Source of the DNA: Tubiluchus corallicola
Taxonomy: Eukaryota; Animalia; Priapulida
Length of the DNA: 64,000 nucleotides
Assembly: GCA_030141605.1 (NCBI GenBank)
Contig: JAQGDQ010000422.1
Span: 1 to 64,000, forward strand
Direction of reading: 5' to 3'
Shown in pieces: positions 55,679-64,000 of the stretch (position 1 is its first letter; each line of letters starts with the position of its first letter). The notes beneath the pieces are model-generated. The model was given only the letters and a program-made list of their open reading frames with translations, was not told where the DNA came from and did not search any database. A program made the translations under genes and the position numbers.

Positions 55679-55828
55679 TGTCTGGAACTTCTTTATTTAT
55701 AATGATTCCTTTATGTTCGCCACCAGCTACGTGTAGAATCTTTGAACAGTCTGATGATTTTTGTGTCCGCTCCATAACTAGTGTGGTCGACATTCTGGCC
55801 TTTTTCGTGGGAGTTAAAACAATCTTAT
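55679..55828 (-). CDS. Gene X exon, possibly containing the start codon (ATG at 55793)
   Basis: tttttgcag/gtatgt; MSTTLVMERTQKSSDCSKILHVAGGEHKGIIINKEVPD; ends in phase 1. Confidence 0.8.
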
Positions 55829-56049
55829 CTGCAAAAATAAAGATAAAATAACTAAAATAATTATCCCCCACTGTAGCCCTAACACTAAATACTTATTTTA
55901 CTAAGTGCACCATTTTTACGGTGCCATTTTTACGGTGCCATTTTTACTGTGCCATTTTTACCATTCTATTTTTCCTGCGCCATTTTAAATAGTTTTCCAC
56001 TTGTGCCATTTTGTTATTTTTACTTGTGCCATTTTGTTATTTTTAAGTG

Positions 56050-56438
<389 letters not shown>

Positions 56439-56959
56439 ACTAGCTAAGGCCCCGCAAAAAATTTTGCGTATAAATACACTCATAATCAAAATACGTGAAC
56501 ATCCTACATAGTCCTCCTTTATAACGCAAAGCCAGCAGTAGTATAATGGTGACGTCAGAACAATGCCTTTGCGTCAGACATCTAATTAACTCGTCGGCAC
56601 TCCTCTTGGTGGACATGCCCTAAAATATAGCCCACATCTTCGTGTAGCCCTGTCCTTCCTCTTTCTAAAGAGCTATATATCTCCTTCCGAGAGTCCCACC
56701 AGGCGCCGCTAGAACGTTTTTTCGCATGCTTGTTTGGTCAAAATTTCCAAAAAATCGCGAGTTGGGTCCGAGAAAACGCCATTGTTCTGACGTCATCCAT
56801 TATACTCCATGTCATCATCCATGTCTATAATCTTATAGCTTTAATTCATTAAACGCTGACTTTGCGTTAGGTAAGTAAACGAACACTTGGTAGGATATTC
56901 GCGTATTTTTTATTATACGTGTATCTATGCGCAAATTTTTTTGCGGGGCCATTGCTAGT
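56439..56959. mobile_element. MITE/foldback element with ~70-bp TIRs
   Basis: ACTAGCTAAGGCCCCGCAAAAAATTTTGCGTATA.. versus ..TATGCGCAAATTTTTTTGCGGGGCCATTGCTAGT; inner inverted pair GACGTCAGAACAATG / CATTGTTCTGACGTC. Confidence 0.75.
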
Positions 56960-56979
56960 CGTATATATTAATTCTGCTG

Positions 56980-57300
56980 GTATATATATATATATATATA
57001 AGATTCGAGGCTACACCTCGGACGACTGCACCATTTGCGGCGATCTATATATCAAACGAAAGGTCTCGATCTAGAATCGAGCAACGGGGGGCGAAAAACC
57101 TCCAAAAACGGCCATTTTTCGGCCGTTTTTTGCATGAAAAAGTTTTTCAGTCATAATTCAAAGACAGCTGAAACTATAAATCTGTAACTTCTACAGACAA
57201 AAGTAATGCTCGTGGCATCAAACTGTAAAATTTCAACTTTCAAGCGCACTTGTTTCTAATATTATTGCGGTCAGCACATTTTTTCTGAGCCACCCGATAC
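56980..57300 (+). mobile_element. Dispersed repeat following a (TA)n tract, possibly Helentron/DINE-like; relatives at ~59222-59380 and ~12680-12740
   Basis: Shared TTCGAGGCTACA..CACCATT..TCAAACGAAAGGTCTC.ATCTAG; classification is a guess. Confidence 0.4.
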
Positions 57301-57594
57301 AAACAAAATATTTAGAAAGTCAGCCTTAGAAGCGGTGTTGTGATGATTCTGCGTTATCAGCTAAGATACCTGAGAACTTTTTTTACAATGTGCCGTAATT
57401 TTCCTAATGTTTTACAATATTTTCAATACAATTAGAACGTGTCAATGGTCAATATGTTAGAAACTTAATTAACGACCCCAAATGTATCAGCAGTGATTTT
57501 ATAGAAAGTTCTTACCAAAGAACCTACCTTTTTCGAATGCGTGAAATATGATAGAGCCAGAACTTCATTATTAGACGACCTACTCGACCAACAG

Positions 57595-58125
57595 ATTGTA
57601 ACAAGGCTTTGGAATGACATAAATGATGAATTAAAAACTGTTCAGCCAATTCAAAAATTTAAAAAGAAATACAGAGCAATGATTCTCAACAAGTACAACA
57701 CTTCCTAATTTCCCACACCTTCTGCAGCAGACATACCACAATCCTGGTACAGATTATGCAAAACAAGGCATCATTGATAAATCTTTAGAGCTGATGTCAA
57801 CATAGCACAATCTATTATCTTTCTTCCTACCATTTCCACTAACACATCCTTCTACCCTTCCTGTGTGATCTAACCTTTCTCCCAGTTCTTTTTTTTGTTC
57901 ACTCATCCATTCTTTTTTATCGGGTTCACATGACAGTGGGCTTATACAAGCCTTTGCTTCTCTAGCCCACTGCAGTACAATTATTCTTTTATGATAACGA
58001 TTGTGTATGAAACATAACAATTTATTACAGTATGACGTAATAATTTTGATGTCACTGTGTGCTTAATGTCATTATATTGTACTGAGTGTGATAATAATAA
58101 TAAATAAAAAAATAAAAATAAAAAA
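57595..58125 (+). mobile_element. CR1/L2-group LINE 3' fragment
   Basis: TRLWNDINDELKTVQPIQKFKKKYRAMILNKY* then 3' UTR and an A-rich tail. Confidence 0.7.
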
Positions 58126-58951
58126 CACGCGAATCTTTACAAAATCAAAATCCTGTAGTTTTAAACAGAAACATATTCGAAAAATCCGTAAATCTTGCTT
58201 TATTATCCATAGTTTATTAAATCAACCTTTCACTTTACAATACAATCGAATTTACTGTTAAATGATTAACCAGCCAACTTACTTTGTAAATGTATTTTTA
58301 TTATTACTGTTGTTATTAAACTACTGTGTTTATACTGTTCATGTATGTAAGTTTAATTACCATCTGCTGATTGGAATTGAGTCAAATGTTTTATCAAATC
58401 AAGTGTCGTAATTATTAGTTGTGATGTTCATTATTTTTTTTTATTAGCATTGTGCACCGTAGAGATACGTGTATCAGACCCAGTCTGTTTTGTAAATTTC
58501 CACTGTAAATAAATAATGTTAAAAACTAAACTAACTGATGACAAACCAGTGCATCCAACAAAGCATTGTGGTAGGCGCGACAGCACTGCAACCTAGGTTG
58601 CATCTCCAGTAAGGTCGCTTGATGGATGATCTCTATCTTTCTCATTTAATAAAGAATTTAGCTGTGATATTATTTTAACTTTTGCTGTGTGTTTGCTACC
58701 AAACTAGAGATATAGCTATAGTTGAAAAAATTGTTAGCGATAGCTTCAAATTCTTTTTGAAATTCTAGCAAAAGGTTCAGCTACAAATGTTTGAAAAAGT
58801 AGGTAGAACCTTTACAGTAACGTAAGTAGCTGCTTCAAATTTTTTTGGTGTCACGGTAGGGGGCGCACGGTGTCACAGTCGAGTAGTTACTAAACCAGGA
58901 CCGGATTAAGACGTGTTGATACCCTAAGCACACCCAGCACCTGGTGCCCCG

Positions 58952-58954
<3 letters not shown>

Positions 58955-59035
<81 letters not shown>
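58955..59035. repeat. (CT)n microsatellite
   Basis: Visible directly. Confidence 0.95.
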
Positions 59036-59038
<3 letters not shown>

Positions 59039-60079
59039 AAAAGCATACGTATTATGTGATACAAGATTACAAATTATTCGACATGATACGTACACAGCCG
59101 AAGCCACGCAAAAAATTTTGCATATAAATTTACTTCTAATCAACAAAGGTAAAATAAGATATTATAAGATATATATAAGAACCTATAGACGAATCTATGT
59201 AAAATATATATAAAATGTTAGATGTATATGGTTCGAGGCTACAGCTCTAACGACGGCACCATTCTCGGTGAGCCCATGTCAAACGAAAGGTCTCAATCTA
59301 GTGTCGCCTCATTCGGGGATTATTTTTCGAATCGCGCCCACCGGGAGGAAGGGGGGGGGGGCAAAAAATTCCTAAAATTGACAGTTCTGTTACTACTAAC
59401 ATATTGGTTAGTTTGTGGAGTATAGCATAGCTTCATGCCAATCAAGATGTGTAATCTGTTAAGGTATCATTTGTATAATGTTATATCCTATATCTTTTGA
59501 CTATTATCTACTGAATTGCAATTCGGGGCTGTTTCTGAATTCTGGTAAATTTCTTTGTTTTAAATGCCTTGATAGTGAATAGTTTGTTTAGTGATAAAAT
59601 TTGAACAGTGATAACATCATATATAATAGTGAATATATAAAACCGAAACTTTTTGCATACGGAGCTGATAACTTTGCATAAATACTTTCTTTTACAAAAC
59701 TGTTGTGTTTTTTTAAACGAATTTCTCGATGTCAATCTCTTGTGTATTTTGAACATTTTGTAAATTTCTGTACTATTTGTAATCATGTATATTTCTAATT
59801 TAATTCTTAACGTTTTTGCATTGTGTGTTATACTGCGTGCATTTTGTAATTTTTCCAATTTATTTGAATATAGTTTTAATTTAGTTTTAAGTCTATGACG
59901 CTATTGCTCTTGTCAGTTTTTCTAAACTTGTTACATACAAGTTTTAATATAAATATTATTTAATTTTATGCTTACATTGTGTGTAACATTTTAGCAATAA
60001 CAAATGAATGTTCGAAACCGGTCGGCAATAAATTCTTTTTGACGTAATTCCATTTTTGAAATTTGCCGCTTCTTTCCCT

Positions 60080-60665
60080 TTAAAGCAAAACCGGACCCAT
60101 TGTTATTAAACTAAAGGTCAAAACGATCTACTCTTTAGAATATTTAAAGGAAACATACTATTATTTCATATATTACTTATGATATATGAAAGCATTATTA
60201 CCACATAAATACAATGCACGTTTACATTTCGCCATTCGCTAATTAGACGGGCACTAGCGCTTGCATTTCGGAAATGCATTGCACCAAAAACAGGTGCTGT
60301 ACCTATCAGTTAAGAGGTGTTCGTTTGTGACGAACTACACACGTTCGACAGCTCAAGCGTGAGGCACAGTGGCAAATTTGAAATTTGAATTTTTATCTTA
60401 AAACTTGCCTAGTTCTAGTACAACGCACTGAATATCTTACAGTAGCACTGTAGTTCAAATTTCGCTTTCGCAAACATTTTTGCTGTTGAAAATTATGTTA
60501 GTTTGTGATGTCATCATCAATAGTAGGGCTCGCCCCGTTAATTAAGTTTTTAATCTATTATTTAATTATCAGAAACACTTTTGCAGTATTAATTGTGTTA
60601 AAATGTAAACTTTTTAATGGACTTGAAAATGGGGTAGTATATGAAAAATCATTGTCTTTCTTTTA
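60080..60665 (+). mobile_element. Kolobok-type MITE family A, copy 4
   Basis: TTAA-AGCAAAACCGGACCCA start; homology to 49281-49907. Confidence 0.75.
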
Positions 60666-61289
60666 GGTCTCCCTGCTCGTAGAAAAGTCTGATGCGGTTT
60701 AAAACACTGGATCTAGGTCAATCCAGACATGTTTAAATGAGAAAGTCACAACATACTGTTTACACAGGGCAACTTTCACAAAACGTGCCAAAACATTCCT
60801 AGCCAGACGCAGAACTCAGCAACACAATACACAAGAATGCAATCGAGGGTATTGCTATTTATAGCAACGCTTTTAAACCGCAGTAGGCCCCACTTTCTGG
60901 GTCACCTCTGTAACCATAGGAGCCCACTTAAGAGATTGCGAAATGTCTCGGGATTAAGTGCGCCCTCCAAGTGATTCATTATTAAAGATAAACATAAAAA
61001 CTTGTTGAGAATGAGCTGCATGAAACGTTAGTCTCGTTGAAAAGAAAAAGCTTTCAAATTGGTACAGTTGATGTTAATTTGAGTTTTCGTCACAGTCAAG
61101 GATTCAAAAAAAGTTTGGAGAATTACGGCTAGTAATTACAGTAGCTGGTGTGGAAAAGGCGCTCCTACATTGGGAGGATGAATTGAGGAGGAAAGTTTCC
61201 GAGTCAAAGTGTAAAAAATACTAAGCACTTAATTAAGCAACTGGTATAAAGTAAACATATTAATACTACTGTTATAAATATCAGACCGT

Positions 61290-63525
61290 AACTGCTATAA
61301 AGTGAACAGAGCCATACTACTGGTACAAACATTAGACCACAACTGCTATAAAGTGAACAGAGCCATACAACTGGTACAAACATTAGACCACAACTGCTAT
61401 AAAGTGAACCGAGCCATACTACTGGTACAAACATTAGACCACAACTGTTATAAAGTGAACAGAGCCATACTACTGGTACAAACATTAGACCACAACTGCT
61501 ATAAAGTGAACAGAGCCATACAACTGGTACAAACATTAGACCACAACTGCTATAAAGTGAACCGAGCCATACTACTGGTACAAACATTAGACCACAACTG
61601 CTATAAAGTGAACCGAGCCATACTACTGGTACAAACATTAGACCACAACTGCTATAAAGTGAACAGAGCCATACAACTGGTACAAACATTAGACCACAAC
61701 TGCTATAAAGTGAACCGAGCCATACTACTGGTACAAACATTAGACCACAACTGCTATAAAGTGAACAGAGCCATACAACTGGTACAAACATTAGACCACA
61801 ACTGCTATAAAGTGAACCGAGCCATACTACTGGTACAAACATTAGACCACAACTGCTATAAAGTGAACCGAGCCATACAACTGGTACAAACATTAGACCA
61901 CAACTGTTATAAAGTGAACAGAGCCATACTACTGGTACAAACATTAGACCACAACTGCTATAAAGTGAACCGAGCCATACAACTGGTACAAACATTAGAC
62001 CACAACTGTTATAAAGTGAACAGAGCCATACAACTGGTACAAACATTAGACCACAACTGCTATAAAGTGAACAGAGCCATACTACTGGTACAAACATTAG
62101 ACCACAACTGCTATAAAGTGAACAGAGCCATACTACTGGTACAAACATTAGACCACAACTGTTATAAAGTGAACCGAGCCATACTACAGGTACAAACATT
62201 AGACTACAACTGCTATAAAGTGAACAGAGCCATACAACTGGTACAAACATTAGACCACAACTGCTATAAAGTGAACCGAGCCATACTACTGGTACAAACA
62301 TTAGACCACAACTGTTATAAAGTGAACAGAGCCATACAACTGGTACAAACATTAGACCACAACTGCTATAAAGTGAGCAGAGCCATACTACTGGTACAAA
62401 CATTAGACCACAACTGCTATAAAGTGAACCGAGCCATACAACTGGTACAAACATTAGACCACAACTGCTATAAAGTGAACAGAGCCATACTACTGGTACA
62501 AACATTAGACCACAACTGTTATAAAGTGAACCGAGCCATACTACTGGTACAAACATTAGACCACAACTGCTATAAAGTGAACCGAGCCATACAACTGGTA
62601 CAAACATTAGACCACAACTACTCAAAAGTGAGCAGAGCTATACTACTGGTACAAACATTAGACCTCAACTGTTATAAAGTGAACTGAGCCATACTACTGG
62701 TACAAACATTAGACCACAACTGCTATAAAGTGAACAGAGCCATACAACTGGTACAAACATTAGACCACAACTGCTATAAAGTGAGCAGAGCCATACTACT
62801 GGTACAAACATTAGACCACAACTGCTATAAAGTGAGCAGAGCCATACTACTGGTACATTGTTTTGGGGGTTTGTGTGTGGTACTGGTATTGTGTGAGTGA
62901 ACAGCTACTACTGGTACAAACATTAGACCACAACTGTTATAAAGTGAACAGAGCCATACACTGGTACAAACATTAGACCACAACTCTTAAAGTACAGAGC
63001 ATACTACTGGTCAAACATTAGACCTCAACTGTTATAAAGTGAACCGAGCCATACTACTGGTACAAACATTAGACCACAACTACTCAAAAGTGAGCAGAGC
63101 TATACTACTGGTACAAACATTAGACCTCAACTGTTATAAAGTGAACCGAGCCATACTACTGGTACAAACATTAGACCACAACTGTTATAAAGTGAACAGA
63201 GCCATACAACTGGTACAAACATTAGACCACAACTGCTCTAAAGTGAGCAGAGCTATACTACTGGTACAAACATTAGACCTCAACTGTTATAAAGTGAACT
63301 GAGCCATACTACTGGTACAAACATTAGACCACAAATGCCTTATGGTGAACCGAGCCATACAACTGGTACAAACATTAGACCACAACTGCTCTGAAGTGAG
63401 CAGAGCTATACTACTGGTACAAACATTAGACCACAAATGCCATATAGTGAACAGAGCCATACTACTGGTACAAACATTAGACCACAAATGCCATATAGTG
63501 AACAGAGCCATACTACTGGTACAAC
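61290..63525. repeat. 51-bp minisatellite (~43 copies)
   Basis: Unit AACTGCTATAAAGTGAACMGAGCCATACWACTGGTACAAACATTAGACCAC. Confidence 0.95.
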
Positions 63526-64000
63526 ACATTAAATCTACCGTTATAGTTTCGCCAGTTCTGTGACATATAAATATCTAATGTATGATTACTATTAAAATAT
63601 TAGCAAAAGTTAATTAATTTACAATGTGTAATGTGCTGCTGACGGCTGCTCGCCACAAGCACGCGTACACAGTAGAAACCGGTCGCCAGGCTGTTTAGAT
63701 TAATAAATCCAGACGCCAAATCAAATCAAATCAACAACAAACTCAAGTCAGCCATTGGCTCATAAGAAGTGACCAAAATAAACTCAATTTAGCCTAAACT
63801 GACATGATGCTTCGGGTTAGGTTAAACACACAGATCGTGTAAAAGGAGTTTATTCAAGCAGCGAAATTGATCTTACTGAATCCAATGTATTGATGAGGTT
63901 AATGTGGCTTTAAACAGGACGTCTGACCACTAACACTGAAAAGCTGACAAAATGAAACAGCCATCTAGAGATTGAAATCTTTTTGCTGATTATTCATAAC

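Noticed and set aside
60000-60035. TCGAAACCGGTC..AATAAA resembling a Penelope hammerhead 3' half
   Set aside because: No upstream CTGANGA core found
62855-63010. Unique-looking insert within the 51-bp array
   Set aside because: GT-rich junk with indel-ridden neighbouring units; most likely a consensus or assembly error
61204-63563. 461- and 473-aa ORFs
   Set aside because: 51-bp minisatellite open on both strands

Overview
AT-rich, intron-rich animal (invertebrate bilaterian) genomic DNA carrying two convergent protein-coding genes. On +, eight exons (3572-35393) encode the C-terminal LRRs, hinge, 7TM domain and a very long tail of a type-B LGR most like the bursicon receptor rickets/LGR2; its 5' exons lie upstream of the window. 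On -, five phase-compatible exons (55828-45156) encode an unrecognised protein with a globular-looking N-terminal domain and a ~980-aa disordered last exon. The rest is about a dozen unrelated minisatellites, microsatellites, TTAA-flanked Kolobok-type, Harbinger-like and hAT-like MITEs, two related solo LTRs, an AcademX (XPG-domain) relic, LINE 3' ends and a lone 5S rRNA copy. Nearly all long ORFs in the track other than 32388-35393 and 45156-47903 are repeat artefacts. Best leads: a 259-bp TSD-flanked retroelement made almost entirely of RNA helices (30594-30852), a ~44-copy array in which each unit reads as a GT..AG mini-intron amplified from a real splice donor (21748-23850), a 5S-headed SINE3 candidate, and a Ser/Thr/acidic tandem repeat in the GPCR tail. 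All alignments, translations and copy counts were done by eye; family assignments rest on recalled motifs, not database searches.
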